Source of the DNA: Octopus sinensis | Taxonomy: Eukaryota | DNA length: 64,000 nucleotides | NCBI RefSeq assembly: GCF_006345805.1 | Contig: NC_043003.1 | Location: forward strand, 68,696,001-68,760,000 | Direction: 5' to 3' | Shown: one piece after another, positions 50,205 to 63,619 of the stretch | How the letters are laid out: every line of letters starts with the position of its first letter | How positions within the stretch are numbered: the first letter of the stretch is position 1 | The notes under the pieces: generated by a model | The model's database searches: none | The model's input: only the letters and a program-made list of their open reading frames with translations | Told to the model about the DNA's origin: nothing | Position numbers and translations under genes: made by a program

Positions 50205-50577
50205 TGCGCAGCAGTGGCTGTGTGGTAAGTAGCTTGCTTCCCAACAACGTGTTTCAGTGTTCAATCCCACTGCGTGACACCTTAGGTAAGTATCTTCTAC
50301 TATAGCCTCAGTCCCAACTAAGCCTCCTGAGTGGATTTGTTAGACGGAAACTGAAAGAAGCCCACCGTATATGTGTGTGTGTGTGTGTGTGTGTGTATAC
50401 TTGTGTGCCTGTGTCTGTCTCTCCACCGTCGCTTGAAAACTGTTGCTAGTGTGTGTACGTCCCCGTAACTTAGTGGTTCGGCAAAACACACCGATAGAAT
50501 AAGTACTAGGCATACAAAGAATAAGAGCTTCGGGGGCGATTTGTTCGATTAAAGGCGGTGTTCCAGCATGGCCGCAA

Positions 50578-50614
<37 letters not shown>

Positions 50615-51005
50615 CGCAGGGGTGGCTGTGTGGTAAGTAGCTTGCTAACCAACCACATGGTTCCGGGTTCAGTCCCAATGCGTGGCATCTTGGGCAAGTG
50701 TCTTCTGCTATAGCCCCGGGCCGACCAATGCCTTGTGAGTGGATTTGGTAGACGGAAACTGAAAGAAGCCTGTCGTATATATGTATATATATGTATGTGT
50801 GTTTGTGTGTCTGTGTTTGTTCCCCTAGCATTGCTTGACAACCGAAGCTGGTGTGTTTACGTCCCCGTCACTTAGCGGTTCGGCAAAAAGAGACAGTACT
50901 GGGCTTACAAAAAGAATGAGTCCCGGGGTCGAGTTGCTCGACTAAAATGCGGTGCTCCAGCATGGCCGCAGTCAAAATGACTGAAACAAGTAAAAGAAAG
51001 AAAAG
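50205..51005 (+). mobile_element. Two further SINE family A copies
   Basis: 50205-50578 and 50611-51005. Confidence 0.9.
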
Positions 51006-51024
51006 AAAAGAAAAGAAATACTCA

Positions 51025-51256
51025 AAAATAAGCAACAAGAATGACTCCGGTAATTTGGTACATTGTTTCGCACTACATCATTTTATTAAAAGTCGTAAGT
51101 ATTACAGCAGATTTAAGATGCTGAGTGCTTAGGATTTCCAATGATACAAAAGCTTTCAAATCAAGTACTGCTGTAATACTTACGACTTTAAATAAAATGA
51201 TGTAGTGCGAAACAATTGTACCAAATTACCGGAGTCATTCTTGTTGTTTATTTTTT
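51025..51256. repeat. Foldback with about 85-bp inverted arms and about 57-bp spacer
   Basis: CAAGAATGACTCCGGTAATTTGGTACA...TTACAGCAG versus CTGCTGTAA...TGTACCAAATTACCGGAGTCATTCTTG. Confidence 0.9.
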
Positions 51257-51742
51257 ATTATAATCACCCCGCAAATTTTTATGGATAACACCATACAAAA
51301 TTCTGGTGCATCTAAATTAAGTACCATATTCATTTGAATCTAAATTGTTGGTTAACTTACATATATATGCGCCAGAGAAAAAATTTGTTTGCTTGTTATC
51401 AGTCGTAAGACACTTGTTGTTTTCATCGTTAATGCTTCTGTATTTCATGTTTCTGTATTCCATTATTGTTTTTTGTTTTTTGTTTTTTTTATATCTGTCC
51501 CTTTTGCTGTCCTGGTGTTCGTATGCATTCGATCCTTCTTCCAGGAAATCTACGCTTCCAGCTTAGTTTTTCTTGGAGGGCTGGCCGTGATCTAGTAATC
51601 TCAAGATTAATCAGCCGAAATTACTACGATGATCCGGTTCTTGACTGAAGACTGAGGGGTTCGAATGTCCTGTCCATGTTTATTGTATCGTCTTCTATGA
51701 GTTATACGTTCTTGTCCATGTTGTATTTTTCTACATACCTTA

Positions 51743-51773
<31 letters not shown>

Positions 51774-53204
51774 GCTGACAAACGTGCGCACGCACACGCA
51801 GATGCTTGCTTGCCTGTCCATTATTGATCAGTATAACGGCATGATTACACTTACGTGTGCGAGTATGTAACACCGAAAGAAAAATATTTGTATTGTGATG
51901 CGCATTGATTACCTACTGTCTTATGAAATATATTCATAGTTTTCATTGATTCAGCTATAGGAAAAATAAAATAAATGTTTCAGGCCTAATCATTGCTTAA
52001 TTATCGTCTTCAACATATTGATTAAAAACTCTGAGTTGTTGAATAATTTTTCGATGCTTATAATTAGACAGCGACATCTTCCAAAACTGTGTTTTCTCTA
52101 GTGTTGCTCAAGGGCCAACCGTGCTCTAATGCTCTTTGTTTATGTAGGACATGTACGATTTTGTTTCTTATGCTGTCAATATTGTAGTTATATTTGTTTG
52201 ACATGAATAGGCATTCATTAGAGACCCGATGTATTTATGCCATCATTGGTTTACCATTGTGTTTAGTGTCAAGTGTTTTGTGTTTAGCGTGTATATATTT
52301 GTATTATAGTTGTGAAGATCTAACAATTTGATTTTATGTATGAGTATGTGTGTGCGTGTTTGTCCACGTGTGCACATGCATGTATACATACATGCATACT
52401 TTCATATGCATGTTTTTATTCATTAGATCTATATTATTGATAACGTTGTTTTGACATCGGTTTTTATGTTTGTGTAGCTGTAAATTTAAATTGAATGTTT
52501 TCTAAATTACATCTACGCACTGTCACATCATTCGCGGGCGCACACACACACGTATGCACACAGAAATACTCACACACACATATGAGTATATATGCGTATA
52601 TATGTATGTGTGCATGTATGTATGTATGTGTGTATATATGTATGTATATGGATATATGGAGATGCATACATAATACATGTATGCATACATATAAACATAC
52701 ATACTTGCGTATATATATATTCATACATACATAGCTAGTTTATTTCAAATACATTCTGCATAATTTACAACTGAAAGAGCTCGTTCTCGAACTTCAGTTT
52801 TGTTTAAAGGACATTATTCCACTTTATTTAACAGTATAAGTAATTGTTTTCGCTTAATTGCATTTCATAGCTTTGCTGTATACAGAATCTTCGAGACTGG
52901 CTTGTAAATAAGGGTGGCAGTTAAAATTAATTGTAATGGATGGGAAAATTTCAATATTATATAATTCAAAATATTCTTTACATGGAAATGCATGTATAGA
53001 AAACTTTCAAAAAACTTAGGCCGAATATTTTTAAATGATCAAATAAAGATATCTAAAATTAAAAGGTGATTGCGGAAAGAAATGAATTAGAAGTACAAAG
53101 AGGTAGGTTGACAGGGTGTAGGAAAAGAAAAAAATATTTATTGTTTTTACTTAAGAACAAGGTCTGAAGTTAGTGGAGACGGAACTTAAATGACTCTAAA
53201 ATCT

Positions 53205-53576
53205 ATACTTTTCTACTCTAAGCACAAACCCCAAAATTTTTGGTGGGAGAGCCAGTCGGTATATAACTGGCACTTAATTTATCGGCATCGAAAGAATGAG
53301 AGGCAAAATCGACATCGGCGAAATTTGAACTTAGAACGTAACGGCAGACGAAATACCTATTCCTTTACTACCCACAAGGGGCTAAACACAGAGAGGACAA
53401 ACAAGGACAGACAGACGGATTAAGTCGATTATATCGAATCCAGTGCGTAACTGGTACTTATTTAATCGACACCGAAAGGATGAAAGGCAAAGTCGACCTT
53501 GGCGGAATTTGTACTCAGAACGTAGCGGCTAAGCATTTCGCCCGGCGCGCTAACGTTTCTGCCAGCTCGCCGCATT
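53205..53576 (-). mobile_element. Dimeric SINE family B
   Basis: Mirror of 9458-9838. Confidence 0.85.
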
Positions 53577-53661
53577 GACTCTAAAATTTATAGATATTCG
53601 CATGGTGGCTGAATCGTTAGTACGTTGGACAAAATAGTTTATTCACATTACTTCTCTGGCC

Positions 53662-53860
53662 ATTATTTACATTATTTACATTTGACGGATGTTTGTCCTC
53701 ATCTTGTCTGATGTTAACACGTTTCGGCTGATATACCCTCCAGCGTTAGAAATTTCGATTCTGGGTTCTCATTCCTATGGTATTTTTCGATGTTGTTGTT
53801 GTTGTTGTTGTTCAGGTCACTGCCTGGAATTAAGGTCGGAATCTTGGGGTTAGTAGCGTG
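53662..53860 (-). mobile_element. HHR-SINE (family C) with the hammerhead 5' half deleted
   Basis: Same tail, helix II/GAAACG remnant, (AAC)n in place of (AAT)n, partial tRNA-like head. Confidence 0.8.
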
Positions 53861-53879
53861 ATTAAGACTGATTAAGCGT

Positions 53880-54614
53880 TTGGACGTCGCGTGGAATTCT
53901 GTCAGGATCTACGTCAGCATGCCACTGATGACCCATCCTTCATGTCGAGGATCGTCAGCGGTTACGAGAGTTTGGTCTAAGGGTTCAACTCTGAGACGAT
54001 AAAGCAGTCGTTACAATCGAAGAGCCATTCATCTGCACGATCGAAGAAGACATGACAGAGCCTCAGCCAACTCAGGAGATTGCTCATCGTTTTGCTTTCG
54101 ACATCGTCGGCATTATGCATCGAAGATTCGTTCTGCTGGAGCAGGATGTCAATCGAGGGTCCGACTGCGATGCTTAGAATTGTTTGAGGGAGAACATTCA
54201 ACGAAAGCGACCTGATCTGTGGAGCGCAAAGAATTGGATGCTTCACAACAACAATACATCCCGCGACCCAGCTCTCCTCACCCGTCAGTTTATCGCCAAA
54301 AAAACAAAACAAAAATACACATGATATCGCTTCCGCACTTGCTTCATACACGAGATTTAGAACCTCTGGACTTCTATCTCTTCCCCCACCCCCACCCCCA
54401 GAAGAAAATGGAGATCAAATGTCGCCGTTTTAACACCGTTATCGAGATCCTGATCGAATTGCAGAAGGTCCTCGATTCGCTTACGGAAAACGACCCCTAG
54501 ACCGGATTCCAAAAGTGGCACGAATGCTGGGTCTGCTGTGCAAGGTGATGTCAAAACTTAGCTAAATAATTTATTTTCTTATCAAATATAACTAGTCTGG
54601 GATACCACGCCGTA
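53880..54614 (+). pseudogene. Mariner transposase 3' part with right TIR
   Basis: RPDLW/WMLH-like region, DLEPLDFYLFP (SPDLAPxDF motif); ends GGATACCACGCCGTA. Confidence 0.8.
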
Positions 54615-55463
54615 TGTATGCGTGTGCCTGTGTATGTATATGTTTTGCCTTGTCTTGTATATCCCAAGGCCTTTTTGTTTTTTGTAATTATATATCTGGG
54701 TATGTCATATTTACCGTTTCTTGTCCTTTTATTTAATCCTGAAAATAGTATTTATATAACGCACGCAGTCATTTAACTTTTTACCAATTTGTAGAATTAT
54801 TCTTGGAATATTTTTGTGCCACTCTGTCTCTTACCTTTACTTTGCTTCTCTTAATTTCTTTTCTTTCTCTCTGTTTCTCTCTCTCTCTCTCTCTCTGTTT
54901 CTCTCTCTCTTTCTGTTTCTCTGCTCCCACTATCACGTGACACGTGATGACCTAAGACGGTGTAAATTCCTTTCCGCGCTGCCTTCCACCGTACTGGATA
55001 AGATTTTATAAGCTTCTCGCTCAACCCCTTCCGTATCTCTAGTCCCTTAGGACAATTTTCATTTCTCCGCGTTACCCATTTTTGTCTTGCCTTGCAGCCC
55101 CAAGGCTTTTTGTTTTATATGCATCATCATTATTAATTGTCTTCTTGAGGCCCTAATACTTTATTTTGTTTATTGTTTTGTCCCTCGTCTGTCCACTAAC
55201 GGTCTCGTCTCGGGCATGTCTCGTTTTGTTATGTTGTGGTCCTATTCCCGGCAAGATTTTTGTCGGTGCCCCCGGAGTGGAAGCAATATTATCGATAATT
55301 GCTAAAATTGCGCTTGACCCTCTGGCCGATACGTGATGAAGAATCGGTGACCTTCTGTGATTTCTATTCGCCTGAGTATTTAATATGTGTTCGTTTGTTT
55401 ATTTACTACACGTTTTTCAAATTATATATATAAATAGATATGTCATATTTTCCGTTTCTCGTT

Positions 55464-55519
<56 letters not shown>

Positions 55520-56158
55520 GGAAAGAGATGTATATATACATACATACAAATATGTGTGTGTGTGTGACTGTGTGTGTATCTGTGTGTCTGTGACATAATA
55601 TATACCTGTACATGATTCTGTGCAATAGTAGAAATTAAAGCATTAAAAATTTATTTGTAGAGATAACTATCTAAAAAGACCAGTGTGGTGGAATGGTTAG
55701 TGGCGTAGAGGTTAAATGTCAACGGAAGAATCTTCAGCGAAATTCTAGGCGATTTTGTAAGCTAGCCCTAATTGATAAAAAACAGCAACAATATAGTAAT
55801 GTGCAAAGGATATGCAATGAGAGATAAATACCACTGTCGATAAAAACAAAAATTAAAAATGGTAAAGCAATTTCAAATTAAACATATATACCAACATGTA
55901 TTTGTAAGAGAGAAGATTGGAAAATAAGGTGCAAAGCGGAAGAAAGAAAAACTTAATATACGTAAAAATAACACTTCGTGTAAATGAGTTGAAACGATAC
56001 ACGATGGTTTTCCATTTTTTTTCTTTTCCGTTTGTGGAGGATTGGTACCTGAGATTTACGTAAGAGATTAGCGATGTGAAATAGTAATCGATATGTAATC
56101 AACAGGAAATAGAAGAGATACCATTACCTCTCATAACCTCTGTCTCTCTGTCTCTCGC

Positions 56159-56294
<136 letters not shown>

Positions 56295-56357
56295 ATATAT
56301 ATATATATATACATACATGCACGCAAACATACACACACACACACACACACACGCATA

Positions 56358-57400
56358 CACAGGAGGTGGTATCACACTAGTTTTGTTTAATAAAAAATTG
56401 AGTTTTGACATCAACTTCTTCGAGTCATATTGCACAGCAATGCACCGGTCCCAGCATCCATGCCACGTTTGGAATCAAGCCAGGAGGTCGTTTTCCGTAA
56501 GCGAGGCGATCTGGAACTCGATAATGGTGCAAAAACGGCTGCATTTTCTTCTGGGGGAAGAGATGGAAGTCTGCAGGTGCTAGTGCGGAAGCGATATCAT
56601 GTTGTGTATTTTTGGTGGGGGGGCGGCGAGAAACTGACGGATGAGGAGAGCTCGGTGGGCAGGGTGTATTGTTGTGAAGCATCCAATTATTCTCGCTCCA
56701 CAGATCAGGTCGCATTCGTTAAATGTTCTCCCTCAAACACTTCTAAACATCACAGTAGGACTCTCGATTGACATCCTGCTCAGGGCAGAACGAATCTTCG
56801 ATGCACAGTGGCAAGGATGTCGAAAGCAAAACGATGAGCATTCTCCTAATTTAGCTGTGACTCTGTCATGCATTCTTCGATCGTGCAGATGAAGCGCTCT
56901 TCGATTGTAACGACTACTTTTTCGTCTCAGAGTTGAACCCGTAGACCCAACTCTTGCGAACCGGTGACGATCCTCGACATGAAGGATGGGCCATCAGTGG
57001 CACGCAGACGCAGATCCTGACAGAATTCGACGTGACGTTTATTCTGCGTAGTGGTCAGAAGGTGGGTGAGGAAGATAAACGTGGCAGAGTCACACTGCAT
57101 GTTCAATTCAGGCGTTAGGGTCGGCCACACGGACCCATGTGGCAGACCAACAACATCAGCAATGCCATTGATTCTCCTCCCTGATTTTCCTGCACAAGCT
57201 GATGAATTTTGTCCACCTTTCAGTGGATGACGCTTGTGGCTGGAGTTCCAGTTGCCTCATAGTCTTCCGGGGACTTTAAAGCTCCCTTACCTCTCAAAAT
57301 ATTGTGTACGACACTTTGTCTGGTAGTCGTAAGTTGGCCGAAGCATACTCAATGTCTCTGTAGCAGACTTCTCAAGTTTAACGCCAAATATCACATTTGA
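56358..57400 (-). pseudogene. Mariner transposon relic, same family, inverted
   Basis: VKLEKSATETLSML (HTH) at about 57345-57385; MRPDLWSENNWMLHNN and LAPADFHLFP; homologous to 53880-54614. Confidence 0.85.
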
Positions 57401-57416
57401 TCTATGTCTCATATAT

Positions 57417-58974
57417 AAATGTTCAGAACGGTATTGTTTTCGCCAGAAAAGTAGGTATACATTTTTATGAAAGTTGTTTTAAGTTCTATAATCACAGACA
57501 ATAAATACAATATTAATTGCTATTGTCTGAGATTTTGGTGTAATTTGAGAGGATAATACAAATGTTATGGATGATTTAGTGATTTACTGCAAAACCCATG
57601 GCGGCCAAAATGACAGAGAATACTGGAATTATTTAATATTTAGTCTGAAGCCCTTTAGCTTCAATCACACTTTGACATCTTCGACTGCATGAGGAAATTA
57701 AATTTTCAATTTCTTGCTTGGTGATCTTATTCCATTCTTCCTGAAGGGCATTCCATAATTGCTCGGTTGTTTTAGGATTTCTGGCTTTCGAACGTTCTCC
57801 TAGAATACTCTACACATTTTCAATAGGATTGAGATCTGAGCTTTGAACAAGCCAATCCATAATAATAACCTTTTCAGCCTTGAGGAAGTTCATGACCACC
57901 TTAGCCTTGTGACATGGGGCATTGTCCTGCATGAATATGTGTGGTCGATTAGTTGAATTTCTCAGCACAGGCAAGACATGATCTTTTACAAGTTGTTTAA
58001 AAAATCCTGCATTTACCTCTCCGTGTAATCGCACCAAAGAGCCTACACCATCTCCAGATATCAGCCCCCAAACCATGACACTTCCTCCGCCGAATTTAAC
58101 ACTAGTCTTAAGGCATTTAGGCGACAATTTTTCACCTACTTTTCAACGAACGTACCTTTTCCCATCTGAGCCAAATAACATAAACTTAGATTCATCACTG
58201 AAATGCACCGTTCGCCATGTTTCTTGAGACCACAACACATGTTCGGTTGCAAAGGTAAGACGACACTTTTTATTTTTGGAGCTGATCAGTGGCTTCACTG
58301 CAGGTGATTTTGCTTGTAGGTTATGTTCAACTAAACGATGAGACACAGTTTTTCGAGATAACGTTTTCTTCAGTACAATGCTCAATTCCCGAGAAACAGC
58401 AGCAGCAGTTTTAAATCTGTCCTTTTTGACCAACTTTACCATAGCACGATCTTCTCTCTTGGTCGTTTTTCTTGGCCTACCTGTAGACTTTCTTGCTTCA
58501 CACGAACCACAATCATCGAAGACTTAAGAATACCGTGAACAACACTTTTTGACTTGTTAACAATCTTTGCAATAGCCCCAATACTTAAATTATCCTTCTT
58601 TCGACGCTTAATTGGTAACGGAGTAAGTGGCATTATATTAACAAAGTGCACTGCAGATATTCTTACTATTGTTTAGTAAACGAACCATCACGTAAACAAA
58701 TTCAAAACATTAGAGTTCGCCGGTTAAATATACTAAAACACGGAGTAAAAGCAACCGTTCTGATCATTTTGGCCGCCATGGGTTTTGCAGTAAATCACTA
58801 AATTATCCATAACTTTTGTATTATCCTAGAAATTACAGCAACGTCTCAGACAAGAACAATTAATATCGTATTTATTGTCTGTGAAAATTATAGAATATAA
58901 AACAACTTTGATAAAAACTTATACCTACTTTTCTGGCGAAAACAATGCCGTTCTGAACATTTTGGCCGCAATTG
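57417..58974 (-). mobile_element. Tc1 (DD34E) transposon with about 210-bp IR/DR-type TIRs; transposase inactivated
   Basis: VHFSDESKF, VKFGGGSVMVWG, FMQDNAPCH then 34 residues to the E of DLNPIE; TIRs about 57417-57620 and 58755-58974 with repeated GCGGCCAAAATG; TA after 58974. Confidence 0.93.
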
Positions 58975-58977
58975 TAT

Positions 58978-59063
<86 letters not shown>

Positions 59064-59117
59064 ATATTATATGTATATATATATATATATTATTATATAT
59101 ATAAATATATGTATGTA

Positions 59118-59270
59118 TTTCTTTATTGCCCACAAGGGGGGACAAACAAGGACAGACAAAGGGATTAAGTCAATTACGTCGACCCCAGTGCGCATCTGAT
59201 ACTTTATTTATCGAAAGGATGAAAAGCAAAGTCGACCTGCAGTGGAATTTGAACTCAGAACGTAACGGCT
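59118..59270 (-). mobile_element. SINE family B, partial
   Basis: Core and B-box on the minus strand. Confidence 0.8.
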
Positions 59271-60085
59271 GATATATAGATATAGATATATATATATATA
59301 CACACATTTTAAACATGGAAACACTTTATATAACAATGTATAACTCCATATATTTTCATACATGCACACGTTCATTCAAATATATTCATTAGTTCTTTCA
59401 ACTAACTCAAGTCTATCCAATACGACTTGTCACGTTGGTAGTCAGTGGCTTCTGTGTAAAAGCTAAATCACAAGCATACATACATACACACATACACACA
59501 AATAATACACACAGACATACGTTCATTCATGAGTGTAAATATTTACAAGTAACACACCGAGAGAGACACATACCTAATAAAAGACCAGGAGTAAAGTAAA
59601 ATGAATTAGGCAACCATTTCAAAACGGAAATTCATTACAGTCAGTCATGTTAGCTAACAAGAGATATCAATTGCCGTTTGACGGTGAATGTTTATCTGGA
59701 ATAAAATAGCAAGCAACAAATACAGTTTATGTCCATGCGAGATTTGTTAAGAAAAATCAGCGCCTATTGAATGCGTAGTACACACACACACACACACACA
59801 CATACACACACAGGCACACACATATGTATATATATATATATATTATATATATATATATATTAATCAATATAGGGTGGTGAAAAAAATTTTTGTAGAATTC
59901 TTTTTGCCACCAGCGGCCCAGTGGGAAAAAATTAAATAGTCATAGACCATTTTTAAGTTCAACATCAACAATCAAGGAACGGCCATAATAGGCCATTCAC
60001 CCACTAGAAATAACAACCAAAGCTTCAACCGCAAATAAAGATCAATTCCGAAACAGGAGAAAATTTAAAAAACATTTACCCTGTA

Positions 60086-60193
60086 ATTTCTTGTACGATG
60101 CACCGTTTCGTCTCTGCTGTTTAATGGTAAACTAACCTGATTAAATAAATCAAGCCAATCTTCCATAGGCCCTCAGATTCTTCAGCAAGAAAT
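60086..60193 (-). ncRNA. Type I hammerhead with large helix II insertion, copy 1
   Basis: AUUUCUUG CUGAAGA [~70 nt] GAA ACGGUGCAUCGU A CAAGAAAU. Confidence 0.72.
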
Positions 60194-60688
60194 AGCCAAG
60201 TCGGAACAGATTTTACACGAGGCATTTCCGACCCTGCCAAGTTAATATCTGACCTAAAATTTTCAAATCGTCGCACTCGCGCCAAATTTATCGGCAGCAA
60301 ATAAATATAAGCCGTCGATCCCATTACGGAATTAACCAGAAAATTCATAATTAATCAATATAGGGTGGTGAAAAAAATTTTTGTAGAATTCTTTTTGCCA
60401 CCAGCGGCCCAGTGGGAAAAAATTAAATAGTCATAGACCATTTTTAAGTTCAACATCAACAGAATTCTACAAAAAGAATTCTACAAAAAGAATTCTACAA
60501 AAATTTTTTTCACCACCCTATATTGATTAATTATGAATTTTCTGGTTAATTCCGTAATGGAATCGACGGCTTATATTTATTTGCTGCCGATAAATTTGGC
60601 GCGAGTGCGACGATTTGAAAATTTTAGGTCAGATATTAACTTGGCAGGGTCGGAAATGCCTCGTGTAAATATCTGTTCCGACTTGGCT

Positions 60689-60795
60689 ATTTCTTGCTGA
60701 AGAATCTGAGGGCCTATGGAAGATTGGCTTGATTTAATTTAATCAGGTTAGTTTACCATTAAACAGCAGACGAAACGGTGCATCGTACAAGAAAT
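60689..60795 (+). ncRNA. Type I hammerhead with large helix II insertion, copy 2
   Basis: 8-bp helix I, CUGAAGA, UCUG/CAGA helix II base, self-complementary helix III, GUA triplet (predicted cleavage after 60787). Confidence 0.75.
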
Positions 60796-61179
60796 TACAG
60801 GGTAATGTTTTTTTTAAATTTTCTCCTGTTTACGGAATTGATCTTTATTTGCGGTTGAAGCTTTGCTGTTATTTCTAGTGGGTGAATGGCCTATTATGGC
60901 CGTTCCTTGATTGTTGATGTTGAACTTAAAAATGGTCTATGACTATTTAATTTTTTCCCACTGGGCCGCTGGTAGCAAAAAGAATTCTACAAAAATTTTT
61001 TTCACCACCCTATATTGATAATTATGAATTTTCTGGTTAATTCCGTAATGGAATCGACGGCTTATATTTATTTGCTGCCGATAAATTTGGCGCGAGTGCG
61101 ACGATTTGAAAATTTTAGGTCAGATATTAACTTGGCAGGGTCGGAAATGCCTCGTGTAAATATCTGTTCCGACTTGGCT

Positions 61180-61284
61180 ATTTCTTGCTGAAGAATCTGA
61201 GGGCCTATGGAAGATTGGCTTGATTTAATTTAATCAGGTTAGTTTACATTAAACGCAGACGAAACGGTGCATCGTACAAGAAAT
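61180..61284 (+). ncRNA. Type I hammerhead with large helix II insertion, copy 3
   Basis: As copy 2; predicted cleavage after 61276. Confidence 0.75.
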
Positions 61285-61405
61285 TACAGGGTAAATGTTT
61301 TTTTTAAATTTTCTCCTGTTTACGGAATTGATCTTTATTTGCGGTTGAAGCTTTGGCTGTTATTTCTAGTGGGTGAATGGCCTATTATGGCCGTTCCTTG
61401 ATTGT

Positions 61406-61440
<35 letters not shown>

Positions 61441-61544
61441 CACACAAACACAAACGCACAAACACACACGCACATACACACACACACATACACACACATA
61501 CACACATACACACATATACACACACAGATACGTGTATTCTTTTA

Positions 61545-61970
61545 TTCTTTTACTCTTTACTTGTTTCGGACTTTTGAATGCGGCCATGCTTGAGCACCGC
61601 CATTTTAGGAACAAATCGCCCCCCCCGCCCCGGACTAATTCTTTGTAAACCCAGTACATATTCTATGGGCTTTTTTCTCAAACCGCTATGTTAAGGGGAC
61701 GTAAACACACTGACATCGGTTGTCAAGGTGGGTGGTAAACACACACACAAATACACACAGACACATATACACACACACATTATATATATATATATAATAT
61801 ATATAAGACGCATTTCTTTCAGCTTCCGTCTACGAAATCCAATCACAAAGCATTGGTCGGCCATAGGCTATAGTAGAAGACACTTACCCAAGGTGTCACG
61901 CAGTGGAACTGAACACACGGAACCATGTGTTTGGAAAACAAGCTTCTTACCACACAGCCACGCTACGCCT
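61545..61970 (-). mobile_element. SINE family A
   Basis: Full length, diverged. Confidence 0.85.
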
Positions 61971-62407
61971 ATATATATATATATAGGTAGATACATAGAT
62001 AGATAGAGAAAGAGAGAGAGAGAGAGAGAGAGATTTAGAGGTAATACTAAATGAGTCCCCTTTATAAATTGTATAGAATGAATAGTTACAATTGGTAAAG
62101 CATAGTTGGTTCCTGTACTGATTACAGTGTAATCAATAAATAAATGGACAGAACATCTGAGAATCAGTCCGCAAACATGTTCTGACAATACAGTTCGTTC
62201 GACAACTATTTGATATGTATAGGTTTGTAGAATATATTTGCTACTCTGATCAAACAAATACATATACACACACACACATACATACATACACACACGCGCA
62301 GACACACACACACACACAACACACATATATATATATACATGTATAATAATGTTTAAGCATATATATATACATACACGCACATACATAAAAACTGAAGCAG
62401 AGAGATG

Positions 62408-62447
<40 letters not shown>

Positions 62448-62545
62448 GTGTGTTTTGTGTGTGTGATGTGTACAAATGAACGTATGACTGCTTCTTTTAA
62501 CTTTAGAGCTCCACGTGGATTATCACCGTTCAATCTGCTTCCAGT

Positions 62546-62950
62546 ATACTCTTTACTCTTTTACTTGTTTCAGTCATTTGACTGCGGCCATGCCGGAGCA
62601 CCGCCTTTAGTCGAACAAATCGACCCCGGGACATATTCTTTGTAAGCCTCGTATTTATTCTAACGGTCTCTTTTGCCGAACCGCTAGATGACGGGGACGT
62701 AAACACACCTGCATCGGTTGTCAAACAATGCTAGGGGGACAAACACAGACACACAAACATACACACACATACATATAAAAATATACATATATACGACAGG
62801 CTTCTTTCAGTTTCCGTTTACCAAATCCACTCACAAAGCATCGCGAGGTTATAGTAGAAGACACTTGCCCAAGATGCCACGCGGTGGGACTGAACCCGGA
62901 ACCATGTGGTTGGTAAGCAAGCTACTTACCACACAGCCACCCCTGCGCCT
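62546..62950 (-). mobile_element. SINE family A
   Basis: Full length. Confidence 0.9.
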
Positions 62951-63346
62951 GGTAGTTAGGCAAATATGTTTAGGAGTAGTGTTTTCGTTTCGATCTCTGC
63001 ATTGGAACTTCGAAGTGCATTCGGGGGTTTAACTAAAACGGATCTTCAAGGAACACTTTATTGCATCATGTTACATAGAACTAATATCTGGAGTTGGATA
63101 AATTGCGAAACAGAGGAAGGTAAAGTGGAACGAAGAAACAAAGATAGGGGAAAGAGAAAAGTTAATAAAGGACAAAAAAAGAGAAACAGGGATGGGGAAA
63201 ATAGAAAAACAAGGTGAGATTGTAATTTGAGAAAGGAATAAAGAAAGGAAGCAAGGAAAAAGAAAACAGGACAACAATAAGGAGTAAATGAAAAAATAGT
63301 AAACAGTAAGAAATGATGTTCTATATTAAAGAGACGAGGAATTATG

Positions 63347-63486
63347 TACATTATTTACATTTGACGGATATTTGTCCTTATCTTGTTTGTTAACACAACG
63401 TTTCGGCTGATGCACCCTCCAGCCTCCATCGGGTGTCTTGGGGAAATTTCGAAACTGGGTTCTCATTCCTAAGGTATTTTTCGATG

Positions 63487-63552
<66 letters not shown>

Positions 63553-63618
63553 TCACCGTCTGGAATCGAACTCAGAATCTTGGGGTTAGTAGCCCGCGCT
63601 GTTAACCACCACGGTCAT
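63347..63618 (-). mobile_element. HHR-SINE (family C): tRNA-like head, (AAT)n, hammerhead (63392-63437, core mutated to CCGAUGG), AATGTAAAT tail
   Basis: Minus strand GTGGTGGTTAACAGCGCGGGCTACTAACCCCAAGATTCTGAGTTCGATTCCAGACGGTGACC. Confidence 0.85.
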
Positions 63619-63619
63619 A

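Larger units (their letters stand above)
59861..61409. mobile_element. Retrozyme/pLTR-like array of a ~490-bp unit: about 1.2 copies on minus then about 1.9 copies on plus, flanked by (TA)n
   Basis: 59861 recurs at 60352; inversion at about 60460 with three AGAATTCTACAAAA stutters; 60530-60918 repeats at 61021-61409. Confidence 0.92.

Noticed and set aside
51640-51675. CTGAAGA...GAATGTC motif
   Set aside because: No convincing helix II or I
55262-55320. AGCAAT/ATTGCT hairpin in a HHR-like context
   Set aside because: Core nucleotides absent
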